DNA of 64,000 nt, taken from contig CAVTHS010000007.1 in the NCBI GenBank assembly GCA_963734535.1, positions 160,001-224,000 on the forward strand. Reading direction: 5' to 3'. Source of the stretch: an uncultured Chloroflexia bacterium (GTDB lineage Bacteria; Chloroflexota; Limnocylindria; Limnocylindrales; CSP1-4). This document shows, in pieces, positions 11,077-20,657 of the stretch; position 1 is the stretch's first letter, and each line of letters opens with the position of its first letter. Under the pieces are notes generated by a model. It saw only the letters and a list, made by a program, of their open reading frames with translations, made no database searches and had not been told where the DNA came from. The position numbers were made by a program, and so were the translations under genes.

Positions 11077-12160
11077 TTAATCGGCACCGTACTCCTCTCG
11101 ACGTATGCTAGCTTCCGGGCTGCTTCGTAGCCGAGTGCTCGGAGCTCGGCTTGCGGGAGCAAGCCGCCTCCCGTCGATGATCAGTGGCCGTCGCATGGTG
11201 TCGCGGAGCGCGGCCCAGTCCAGGTCTCGATAGGCCGGCCACTCAGTCGCGATCACCGCGACATCCGCGCCCCGGAGCGCCTCCTCCACAGTCTGGCACG
11301 ATCACGAGGTCGGGGAGGACCCGTCGGGCGTTCTCGCCGGCTGCTGGATCATGGGCCCGCAGATCGGCGCCCTCAGCCAGAAGGCGAGCCGCGAGGCGCA
11401 GCGCAGGCGAGGACCGGACGTCGTCCGTGTCGGCCTTGAACGCAAGGCCGAGAAGCGCGATCACGTTTGCCCGCGACCCCACCGACGGCATCGGCGATCC
11501 GCCGAGCGAAACGTCGCTGGTGGTCCGCGTTCGCGTCGGAGATCGCGCCGGCGAGATGCATCGGAAGTCCGCGGTCAAGCCCAGCTGTGGACATGCTGCG
11601 GACCTCCTTGGGCAGGCAGCTCCCGCCGAAGCCGTAGCTCGGTCGCATGTATGTATGGCCGATCCGCGGATCGTGCCCGATCCCTTCGAGCACCGGTCCG
11701 ACGTCCACCCCCAAGTCCTCGGCGAGCCCGGCCACCTCGTTCGCGAACGTCAGGCGGAGGGCCAGAAAGACGTTCGAAGCGTTCTTCACGAGGCTCGCCT
11801 CCTCGGCCCGCATGACGAGGAGCGGCGTTCCTGGCTGCGCGAAGGGCGCCAGTCACGAGCGCGAGCGCGTCGGGGTCTGGGTGGTCGCGCGAAGGTCCCG
11901 ACGACGACCCGCGTGGGCCTGCGGATGTCCTCGAGAGCGCTTACCCTGACGCAGAAACTCGGGAGCGACGAAGAGCCGCTCTGGCGAAATCCCAGGTCGG
12001 CTCGCCAGTCGCGCCGCCGAGCCAACCGGCAAGGTGCTTCGGATCACGCAGGCAGCTCCAGCTGGCGATGGCCGGGGCAGCTTCGTCGAGGGCCCGCGCG
12101 ACCTGCGACACATCAGTTGAGCCAGTGTCGTCGATCGCGAATTGCGAGGGTACCTATGGA
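11077..12160 (-). pseudogene. ugd: UDP-glucose/GDP-mannose dehydrogenase family; 5'-truncated and multiply frameshifted
   Basis: Fragments 'VIRSTLPVG', 'PEFLRQG', 'SLVKNASNVFLA', 'GFGGSCLPKE', 'LGLAFKADTDDVRSSP', 'ATEWP', 'IIDGRR'; the N-terminal GxGxxG segment is absent. Confidence 0.8.
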
Positions 12161-13299
12161 TCGCGTCACACATGTCCGCGCGCCCGTCGGGCTCCTCGAG
12201 AAGGAGCCGGAGCTCGCCGCCCACCAGACCGGCCGCAACAGCGGCGTCATCCACTCCCCGAACACGTACGCGCCGGGCTCGCTCAAGGCGCGCCTCTGCC
12301 GCGAGGGAATGGGCGCCGCCCTCGCATTCGCCGACGCTCACGACATCCCGTACGACATCTGTGGAGAGCTGATCGTGGCGACGACGCCGGCGGAGCTCCC
12401 GCGGCTCGCGGCGATCGCGGAGAAGGCCCAGGCGAACGGGTCGGTCCTCCGCGAGCTCGGACCGAGGCGATGCGCGAGGTCGAGCCGCACGTCGTCGGGC
12501 TCCGCGGGCTCCACGTGACGTCCACTGGGATCATCGACTGGCGGCGCTTCGCGCTCACGCTCGCCGACGACCTGCGGGCGCGCGGGGCCGTGATCCGTAC
12601 TCGGGCGGAGGTGACCGCGATTCGCCAGTCGAACGGCGAGGCCTGGTCCTCGAGACGACCGCCGGCGCGTGGCTTCCCGCAACCTCGTCACGTGTGCCGG
12701 GCTCCAGTCGGACCGCCTGGCGGCCATGACCGGCCATGCCTCGGACATCCGGATCATTCCGTTCCGGGGCGACTACGCGGTCCTCCGGCCTGGAGGCCCG
12801 ACACTATTGCAGGACGCTGATCTACCCGGTCCCAGACCCGCGCTTCCCGTTTCTCGGCGTCCACCTGACCAGGCGGATCGACGGCGCCGTGTGGGCCGGC
12901 CCGAACGCCGTCCTCGCCTTCGGGCGCGAGGCCTACCGGCGCCGTGACCTCGACATGCGCGAGCTCGTATCTGTGCTCGGCTTTCCCGGCTTTCGCCGCC
13001 TGGCGCTCCGCTACTGGCGAATGGGTGGCGCCGAGATGGTTCGCGACTGGAGTCGACGGCTCTTCGTCCGGGCACTGCAGGCCTACACGCCCGCGATCAG
13101 CCTCGGGGATATCGCCTGGGGGCCGTCCGGGATCCGGGCCCAGGCGCTGCGCCGCGATGGATCACTCGTCGAGGACTTCGCGATCGGCGGCGGCGAGCAC
13201 GTGCTCCACGTCCAGAACGCGCCCTCGCCGGCGGCTACCGCGTCACTGGCGATCGGCCGTGAGTTGGCCGAGATGGCAATCACGCGCTTCGGGATCTGA
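12157..13299 (+). pseudogene. lhgO: L-2-hydroxyglutarate oxidase-like FAD oxidoreductase; 5'-truncated and frameshifted
   Basis: 'LLEKEPELAAHQTGRNSGVIHS', 'GSLKARLC', 'CAGLQSDRLA', 'IYPVPDPRFPFLGVH', 'NAPSPAATASLAIG'; the FAD-binding GxGxxG start is missing. Confidence 0.82.
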
Positions 13300-13368
13300 G
13301 GCCGAGCGGGTCGAACAGTAGATGCCGAAGTGCGCACGGGGTCTGTCCGAGAGCCATCCAGGCACCAC

Positions 13369-15343
13369 TCACGGTCCGTATTGCACGCCGACCACGATGT
13401 CGCGATCGAAGGTGACCGTCATGGTCGCCGTCGCGCCGCTGACGGCGAGCTCCCGGCTGGCCGCCGTGATCCGGTAGCCGTCCGGCGCCCGGATCGTGAG
13501 CGTGAGCGGCTCCGGGAGCATGCCCGGCTGTGCCTGGATGGTGAGCCGGTAGGTCCCGCCGGTCGCGTCGACAGCTCGCCGCATACGGGCTGGTCCACGA
13601 GTACTCGAGGCTCGTCTGGCCCGGCGGGATCTTCAGGTACGTTCCGATCGCCATGCCGTCCAGCCTCGTCCTCCACGACGGCCGGGTCGGTCACGGGCGT
13701 CAGGCCGCCCCCGGAGACCGACTCGACGCGGCTCCGCTCGGGGACCAGCGACCCGGAAGTACATCCCGAGGATGCGGCCACCGACATTCGTCATCGCAAG
13801 GTAGGGGGCACCGTCGGGGGTGTCGACCCGGTTCTCCCACGTCGTCGTGAGCGTGTTCCGGGCGTTGCCGACCGCGTCGATCTGCACCGCGAGATCCATC
13901 GTCCGCGTCGTCCACGCCGTTCAGCTTCGACGCCGGCGCCACGTTCGAGTCGACCGGGTAGACGTAGTCGCCCTGGATCCTGCCGGATCGCCGCCGCCGA
14001 AGCCGCCGTCAGCGGCGAACGCCTCGTCGGTCGCATCGCGGAACCAGGCGAGCAGCAGGTGCTCCTGTCCGATACGTCCCCGTCGCCCCGATGACGTCGC
14101 CCCAGCGACCGAGGCGGCAGCGCGAGGAGGACGCCGAGGAGCTGATCCGCGAACACCGACAGAAACGCCTTCGCGTCCTCGCCGGGCTTCCGGGGCGGCC
14201 CGGGTCAGCTGGAGGACCTTCAGCGTCGTCTCGCCGGACGCGATCGTCACGTCGTAGTCCGGGACGGTGATCGGCCCGGTGACCTTCAGGAGCTCGTCGA
14301 TCGTGTAGGTGGTGATCGCGAGGACCCCGTCGATGCGGCGTCACCCGATTCGTTCGTGTAGAGCCGGAGCGGCGTCCTGCGCGCTCGTCGGGAAGTCCGG
14401 CGACCAGCCGGCGTCCGCGAGCTGCCAGGATTGCGTCGGGCCGAGCAGGTAGTCGGCCAGCTCCTGCGGCGGCTTGACGAACGGGTAGTCGTTCGTCACA
14501 GTCCAGCGGCGAGACGTTCTGGAAGCGGCGCTCGGTGATGCGGCCCTTGTCGAACGCGATGATCCCGTAGCTCCCGATGAATCCGCCGCTGGGACGCAGC
14601 TCCGCGGGGTCCTGCGTCAGGACCAGGTAGCGGCGCGGCCCGTCCCAGCCCAGGATCGCCGGCAGCCGCGCGCTGACCCGCACGTACGCGTCGAGAAGCG
14701 GGCCGTACTTGTCGATCCGCGTCCGCATCGCGTCGCGGACGCTCTCGACCTGCCCGATCAGGCCGTCCGGGACGCTCGCCAGCGCCTGGCGCGCGCTCTC
14801 GACCGAGGCGGCCGCCGACACGGCGCGGTCGCGCGACGTGGCCATCAGCTCCACGAGCTGCGAGAGTGCCGAGGCGTTCTTCGGATCGGCGGCCTGGGCC
14901 TCGCGGATGTCGACGAAGCGACGGCCGAGGGTCAGGCCCTGGTCGACAGCGTCGAGAAGGTCCCCGGCGGCTGCGACGACGCTGTCCGCGCCGCGAACGT
15001 TGGACGCGGTCAGCGGCAGCGCCCGGGCGAGGGCGATCAGCGGGTCGCCGGCCAGCAGGCCGTGCAGCCGGTCGAGGCGCGCTCGGGCGGCGGCCGCGTC
15101 GGCATCCAGCGAGTCGATCGTGGCCCGGTCGATCCCGAGGCCCGCCTCCTGCACACGTCCGACCATCGTCTCGAGGTCTGTCCGCAGCACGCGCCCCTCG
15201 TCCAGTGCGGGCAGGTAGCGGAAGAGCGCGAGCGCACCGACGACCAGGAGGAGGATGACGCCACCGCCGGCCACGATGACTCGGCGGCGCGGGCGCGGCC
15301 GCCTGGCTGCTCCCCGGTCGGCGTGGACTGGGTCGCCCGTCAC
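13369..15343 (-). CDS. DUF4012 domain membrane-anchored extracellular protein; frameshifted in its 3' half
   Basis: N-terminal TM, helical stalk, 'YLVLTQDPAELRPSGGFIGSYG', 'DAGWSPDFPTSA', 'IDGVLAITTYTIDELLKVTGPITVP', C-terminal 'YRLTIQAQPG'. Confidence 0.8.
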
Positions 15344-16005
15344 GTCTTGGGAACGGTGATGACCACGAATCGCGGCGCCGTGGCGTAGTACGACGTCGAC
15401 GTCTGGAGGGTCAGCTGTTCCGTTGGTGTCGGCTGGAGGTACTTCACGGCGTCGAACGGGACCTTTGGCAGGATCTCCGTCACGACGTACGTTCGCGCCG
15501 TCCCGTCGACGAGGTCAAGCTCCACCGTGTCGCCGACCCGGATCTGCCAGAGCGGGAGGAACATCCCGACACGCGCATGCCCATAGATGTAGATGTTCGA
15601 GCCGCCGCCCGGCCACCCGGAGCTCGGGTAGTGGGCCGCCTTCCCGATCGGGGCGTCGATTCCGTCGCCCTCGATGATCGCGAGGTCGATGCCGAGCCGT
15701 GCGATCCGGATGCGGTTCGCCCGGATCCCCGCCCCGAGCGCCGGGCTTGGCGATGGCGGAGCTGCGCTTGGCCCGGCGTCTGGCCCGGAGGCCGTCGGGG
15801 CCACGGTAACGAGCGGCAGATCGCCGAGCGCGGGCGACTCGCTGGCCCCGATCCCGGGTGTCGCGGAAGGCGTCGCGCTGCCGGCGGACCCACCACCGAG
15901 CGCGATCGCGAGACCAATCGCCAAGGCGACGACCGCGAGGGCCACGCCGAAGATGGTCCGGCGCCGGGAACCTTCCCGGCTGGGACGCGGTTCCGATTCG
16001 GTCAT
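15340..16005 (-). CDS. Sortase family protein with Ser at the catalytic Cys position
   Basis: N-terminal TM anchor, 'IRIARLGIDLAIIEG', 'HYPSSGWPGGGSNIYIYGHAR', 'LTLQTSTSY...PRFVV'. Confidence 0.85.
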   Translation of the reverse strand: MTESEPRPSREGSRRRTIFGVALAVVALAIGLAIALGGGSAGSATPSATPGIGASESPALGDLPLVTVAPTASGPDAGPSAAPPSPSPALGAGIRANRIRIARLGIDLAIIEGDGIDAPIGKAAHYPSSGWPGGGSNIYIYGHARVGMFLPLWQIRVGDTVELDLVDGTARTYVVTEILPKVPFDAVKYLQPTPTEQLTLQTSTSYYATAPRFVVITVPKT

Positions 16006-16066
16006 GGCAGCGACTCGCCGGGTCCGGTCACGCCCTCATTCGCGATTGCCCGGCGAACCGCCGCGT

Positions 16067-16591
16067 TCAGCGGTGCGCGGAGGCGAGGCGACGGATGCCG
16101 AGGCCACCGACGAACACGAGGGCGAGGGCTGCGACAGCGAGGGTCCCGAGCGGCGCGTCCTGGGACGGGACGTCTCCCGGCAGCGTCGACGTGTTCGGAA
16201 GCACGCCGCCGGTCGGGCCGCACGATGCATTCAGGACCGCAGAGGCGCTGACGGTTCCAGCAGTCGCCTGCACGTTCCGGGCGACGCTCACGGGCCCGAG
16301 TGTCACCGTCGTGGTGGCCACGCCATCCGCATTGGTGATCGTCGGCGTCTTGTTGACCTTGTCGCCCGTATCTCCAGCGAGGAACGACCACTCGACCGAC
16401 TGTCCGGCGACCGGCGCGCCGTTCGCATCGACGAACGTCGCTGTCAGCGTGAATGGCGTTCCGCAGGCGATGACGCCGGATACCGTCACGGATCCCTTGA
16501 CTTGATCCTGATATCCAAGGGCGGTCATGGACGTCACCAATAGGACGGCCGCGGCCGCGAGACTGGCAACCCACCAAGTCCGGCGCTTCAT
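16067..16591 (-). CDS. Secreted Ig-like (Big_1-type) protein with C-terminal LPNTS + TM + basic-tail sorting signal
   Basis: Signal peptide MKRRTWWVASLAAAAVLL; 'LTATFVDANGAPVAGQSVEW', 'TNADGVATTTVTL'; tail 'LPNTS...LAVAALALVFVGGLGIRR'. Confidence 0.8.
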   Translation of the reverse strand: MKRRTWWVASLAAAAVLLVTSMTALGYQDQVKGSVTVSGVIACGTPFTLTATFVDANGAPVAGQSVEWSFLAGDTGDKVNKTPTITNADGVATTTVTLGPVSVARNVQATAGTVSASAVLNASCGPTGGVLPNTSTLPGDVPSQDAPLGTLAVAALALVFVGGLGIRRLASAHR

Positions 16592-16811
16592 CGTTCGGTC
16601 TCCCTCATTGCGGGGCGGCCCGCCCCACTGCCCCCGGGAGCCCGCAGACAACTTCTGCGGGGCCCGACTCGCGCACAGGCATTAGTACCGTGCCGCGACC
16701 GAATTCATCCTACACGCAGGCGCAATACTGTGCGTACTTCTTGGCCATCGCGAGCGCGGACACGGTGCGTCGCGGCAACGCCGTGCTGGGACAGTGCCGG
16801 ATCCAGGTGTG

Positions 16812-17573
16812 TCAGGTGGACCCGAGGTCACCCAGCCGGCGGAGCAGCTCGGTGGCAACCGCCCGGTAATCGTCAGCGGCGCGGCTCGTCGGGGCATACC
16901 GGGTGATCGGCAGGCGCGAGGCCGGTGCCTCGGCGAGGCGGATCGCCTCGCGCACCGACTGTTCCAGGACAACCGGGCCGAACTGCGCCCGAAGCTGGCC
17001 GATCACCCCCCGGACGTGACCGGTCCCGTTCACGCGGCACGCGACGATGCCGAGGAGCTCCAGTCGTGGGTTGACGTGCCGGCGGGCTCGCTCGATCGAC
17101 GCGATCACGCTCGCCACGCCCGAGAGCCCGAGCGCGTGGGCCTCGATGGGGATGACGACTCGATCGCTGGACACGAGCGGCGCTAGCGACAGGTACCCGA
17201 GCGTGGGTGGCGTATCCACGAGGATCAGGTCCCAGTAGTCGGGCAACCGTGCGAAGCCGCGAACGATTGCGAGCCCGGTGTCGTTCCGACCCTTCTCGCC
17301 GGACGGGACCAGGCTGGGGCTGGTTGGGATGAGGTCGACCCCGGGCGCCGTCGAGGCGACCACGAGCTCGGAGGTCCGGATGCCGCCCGCCGAGAACTCG
17401 ACGAGCCCGATCGGCGATTCGCGACCCCCGAGCCAGTCGGTTGCCGAACCCTGGGGATCGAGGTCCACGACGAGCACCTTGAGGCCGCGCTCGGCAAAGG
17501 CGGCCGCGAGGCTCACGGTCGTCGTGGTCTTGCCACTCCCACCCTTGTTGTTCGAGACGGCGATCGTTCGCAC
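16812..17573 (-). CDS. parA: ParA/Soj family ATPase (orphan)
   Basis: Deviant Walker A 'NNKGGSGKTTT', 'VDLDPQG', 'LVDTPP', 'IRLAEAP'; GTG start at 17573. Confidence 0.88.
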   Translation of the reverse strand: MRTIAVSNNKGGSGKTTTTVSLAAAFAERGLKVLVVDLDPQGSATDWLGGRESPIGLVEFSAGGIRTSELVVASTAPGVDLIPTSPSLVPSGEKGRNDTGLAIVRGFARLPDYWDLILVDTPPTLGYLSLAPLVSSDRVVIPIEAHALGLSGVASVIASIERARRHVNPRLELLGIVACRVNGTGHVRGVIGQLRAQFGPVVLEQSVREAIRLAEAPASRLPITRYAPTSRAADDYRAVATELLRRLGDLGST

Positions 17574-17574
17574 C

Positions 17575-18024
17575 TCAGCGATCGCCTTCGATGCGTCGGA
17601 CGACGCTCTCGAAGAAGTCGTCCGCGACGGAGTCGACGCTCGATGGCGTCCGCAGCAGGGGATCCGGCGATGTGTCACTCGGTTGCCGCTGGCTCGCCGT
17701 CGAGGGATCCTGTCCCGGGAGCTCTCCTGCCGAGATGATGGGCAGCTCCAGCGGCAGGCTCGGAGGGGTTGGCAGCACCGGCGCACCGGCCGGGGCCGCA
17801 GGTTCCGGCACCATCGTCGGCGAGGCGGCCGGAAGCGGGGACGACGCGGTCGGAGGAGCCAGCGATACATTCCAGAGCGCCAGCGCGGCCTCGTACGCCC
17901 GCCGCTCGGCGGTGTCGAATGCCGCCGCCTTCGTCGTCCCTCGACCGCGCCTCAGGCGCGCGACGAGTCGGCGGGCAACGGCGCGCCAGCCCGTCGGCTC
18001 ACGTGGGGCTGGCGGGATCGTCAC
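17575..18024 (-). CDS. Hypothetical Pro-rich protein directly upstream of parA
   Basis: Abuts the parA start; helical C-terminus 'VADDFFESVVRRIEGDR'. Confidence 0.55.
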   Translation of the reverse strand: MTIPPAPREPTGWRAVARRLVARLRRGRGTTKAAAFDTAERRAYEAALALWNVSLAPPTASSPLPAASPTMVPEPAAPAGAPVLPTPPSLPLELPIISAGELPGQDPSTASQRQPSDTSPDPLLRTPSSVDSVADDFFESVVRRIEGDR

Positions 18025-18093
18025 GTCGGCAACTGTACGGGTTCCGTGGATCCGGTCGGTCGGCCGCCCAACGACGCCCTCCGATCCTTGCGC

Positions 18094-18828
18094 TCAGCCG
18101 CGCAGGCTCTCCCCCGGTTCCCAGCCGTACAGGTCGACGGGCCCGAGGCCGCGAGCGTCGAGCTCCGCGCGGAGCTGCTCAGGAGTTCCCGCGAGCAGCG
18201 GGAAGGTGCCGTAGTGGATCGGCGCGACCGCGTCGACACCGAGAAGCTCCACGGCCAGGGCCGCCTCGCGGGGCCCCATCGTGTAGTGGCCGCCGATGGG
18301 CAGGAGCGCCAGGTTCGGGCGGTAGAGCTCGCCGATCAGGCGCATGTCGCTGGTCACGTTCGTGTCACCGGCGTGGTAGATCGTGTAGCCGTTCTCGAGC
18401 CGGATGACGAAGCCGGCCGGCTCGCCCAGGTAGAGCGTCGTCTCGCCGCCGGGGTTCCAGTCGCCAGCGGAGTGGTCCGCACCCGTCATGGTGACCGCGA
18501 TCTCGCCGAACGCGAACGTGCCGCCCTTGTTCATGCCGGTCGTCGCGTCCGCCCCACCCGGCAGCCGTCGTGCCAGCCAGAGGCTCATCTCGTGGATGCA
18601 CGGCCAGGTCGGCCGGAGGCGGCTCGCGAGAGCGACCGCGTCGCCCATGTGGTCGCCGTGGCCGTGGGTCACGAGAAGGAGGTCGCAGGCCGTGACGGCA
18701 TCGGCCGCCTTTGGGCTCTTCGGGTTCCCGAACCACGGGTCGATCAGGATCGTCTTCCCGCCAGGCGTACGGACCTCGACGCAGGCGTGGCCGTACCAGG
18801 TGATCGTCGTCGCAGCGTCGAGGCCCAT
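18094..18828 (-). CDS. Metal-dependent hydrolase, MBL fold (UPF0173-like)
   Basis: 'ITWYGHA', 'IDPWF', 'THGHGDH', 'YHAGDT', 'PIGGHYTMGP', 'PIHYGTFP'. Confidence 0.9.
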   Translation of the reverse strand: MGLDAATTITWYGHACVEVRTPGGKTILIDPWFGNPKSPKAADAVTACDLLLVTHGHGDHMGDAVALASRLRPTWPCIHEMSLWLARRLPGGADATTGMNKGGTFAFGEIAVTMTGADHSAGDWNPGGETTLYLGEPAGFVIRLENGYTIYHAGDTNVTSDMRLIGELYRPNLALLPIGGHYTMGPREAALAVELLGVDAVAPIHYGTFPLLAGTPEQLRAELDARGLGPVDLYGWEPGESLRG

Positions 18829-19077
18829 CGCTTCGCTCCTCGTCAGAGGTTGATCACGTAAGAAGACACGGCCGGATCCGGGGGACCGGGCGGCCCGGGA
18901 CCGACGACCGTTGGCGGAGTGTGCACGCGGCCGGCAGGGCGAGGCAAGAGGGTTCTGCTCTCCGGGCCGAGCGCCCCGGAGCGACCTCGTCACCGCCCAC
19001 GACGGACACCCGGGACGCCGCCGCATTCGACACCGCCGCATCCGCCCCGTGCCGCGGGCCGACTACACTCCGTTGCG

Positions 19078-19914
19078 ATGCCCGCCGAGCAGATCGCCCG
19101 GAACCTCGCCTTCGTGAACTGGACGGTCCTTGCCGGCCTGGCCGTGGGGGCCTTCGCCTCGGTCGTCCTCCTTCGCCTGCGGACGGACGCCACGAAGGGC
19201 TACCTGGGATTCACGGGGTTGTGCGCCGCCGCGTTCGGCGGGCTGGCCTGGCTCGCCGACGGCGCGCTCCCCGCCGTCGCCGCGGCGGGCTCGCCGGTCA
19301 CGGTGGACGCCACGTGGGACCTCCTTCGTCGCGTGCTGCTGGCGATCCTGGCGCTCGGCGCGCTGGGTTACTCGATCGGCCTCTTCCGCGGTGCGCGCGC
19401 GCCGCTCCTCGGGCTCGGCACCCTCGCGGCGGGGCTCGGCACGCTCGTGGCCGGCGCGCTCACGTGGGGCGGTGGCGTGGTCGGTGCCGTTCCGCTGGCG
19501 CTGCAGCTCATCGCACTGGCGTGCGCGATCGGCGGCTCCTTCGCGGGGATGATCCTGGGCCACTGGTACCTGGTGACCCCGAAGCTCTCCACGGGGCCGG
19601 CGCTCGCCCTCACCCGGGGGCTGTTCTGGGTGGTCGCGCTGCAGGTCACGCTCTTCGCGGCGTGGGTCGGATTCGGAGGCGGCCAGAACCTGGCGCCCTT
19701 CGGGCCGCTCACCGGGCCGTGGGCGCTCTTCGTCTGGCTGCGCCTGCTGGTCGGCCTCATCTTCCCGCTCATCATCACCTGGGCGGCCGGGCAGACAATC
19801 CGGACCCGATCGATGGAGTCCGCGACCGGCCTCCTGTACATCGATGTCGGGGCGATCGCGTCGGGGACGATCCTCGCCGCGGGCCTCTACTTCGGCGCCG
19901 GCCTGCTGGTCTGA
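19078..19914 (+). CDS. Uncharacterised polytopic membrane protein (MILGHWYL motif)
   Basis: About 8 TM segments; 'GMILGHWYLVTPKLS' and 'SMESATGLLY'. Confidence 0.75.
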   Translation: MPAEQIARNLAFVNWTVLAGLAVGAFASVVLLRLRTDATKGYLGFTGLCAAAFGGLAWLADGALPAVAAAGSPVTVDATWDLLRRVLLAILALGALGYSIGLFRGARAPLLGLGTLAAGLGTLVAGALTWGGGVVGAVPLALQLIALACAIGGSFAGMILGHWYLVTPKLSTGPALALTRGLFWVVALQVTLFAAWVGFGGGQNLAPFGPLTGPWALFVWLRLLVGLIFPLIITWAAGQTIRTRSMESATGLLYIDVGAIASGTILAAGLYFGAGLLV

Positions 19915-19931
19915 GAGGGGGTAGAGGTCCG

Positions 19932-20600
19932 ATGACAACGCGTGGCGGGTTCGTCCCCTCGGTCGTCGACCGGTCCTGGATCGAGTCGGCGGCCGCTCCC
20001 CTCCATCCCGTCCTCGAGATGATCGAAGCGGCAGCTGGGCCGGACGGCATCCCGATCCTCGACCGCGAGGCGGGGCGAGTCCTGGCCGCGCTTGCCGCGG
20101 GGCGCCGCAGGGTCGTGGAGGTCGGCACGGCCTTCGGCTACTCCACCCTCTGCATGGCCCTCGGCCAGCCGACCGACGGCACGATCGCGACGATCGACCC
20201 GGATCGATCACGGACGGACCGCGCGCGAGGCTGGTGGCGGCAGGCCGGGATCCCGGAGGAGAGGATCGTCGTCGTGAACCGCCCTGCCCTCGACGCGTTC
20301 GCGGCCGGTGCCGGTGAGCCGGCGCTCGCGGGACCCTTCGACCTCGCCTTCATCGATGCGCTCAAGCACGAGTACACGGCATACGTGACGGCGATCGTCC
20401 CGCGGCTGGCCCCGGGCGCGCTGTTGATCGCGGACAATGTCCTGTGGGCCGGCCGCGTCTCGGGTGAGCGGCCCAGCAACCCGGGGGATGCCACCGATGT
20501 GCTCCGAGCCTTCGACACGGCCATGCTGCGCGACCCGCGCTTCACGGCCACCATCCTGCCGATCGGGGATGGCCTGCTCCTCGCCGGCTTCCGCGGGTGA
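19932..20600 (+). CDS. O-methyltransferase (caffeoyl-CoA/YrrM-like)
   Basis: 'VEVGTAFGYST', 'FDLAFIDALK', 'ADNVLWAG', 'LPIGDGL'. Confidence 0.88.
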   Translation: MTTRGGFVPSVVDRSWIESAAAPLHPVLEMIEAAAGPDGIPILDREAGRVLAALAAGRRRVVEVGTAFGYSTLCMALGQPTDGTIATIDPDRSRTDRARGWWRQAGIPEERIVVVNRPALDAFAAGAGEPALAGPFDLAFIDALKHEYTAYVTAIVPRLAPGALLIADNVLWAGRVSGERPSNPGDATDVLRAFDTAMLRDPRFTATILPIGDGLLLAGFRG

Positions 20601-20657
20601 GCCCGCGAACGGAGCGACCATGACGAGCCCGCGGTCATGACGGCCGACGATCGACTG

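Noticed and set aside
16631-16665. Hairpin cccgcaga/tctgcggg upstream of the Ig-like gene as a riboswitch
   Set aside because: A single stem with no recognisable aptamer; could be a terminator or chance pairing
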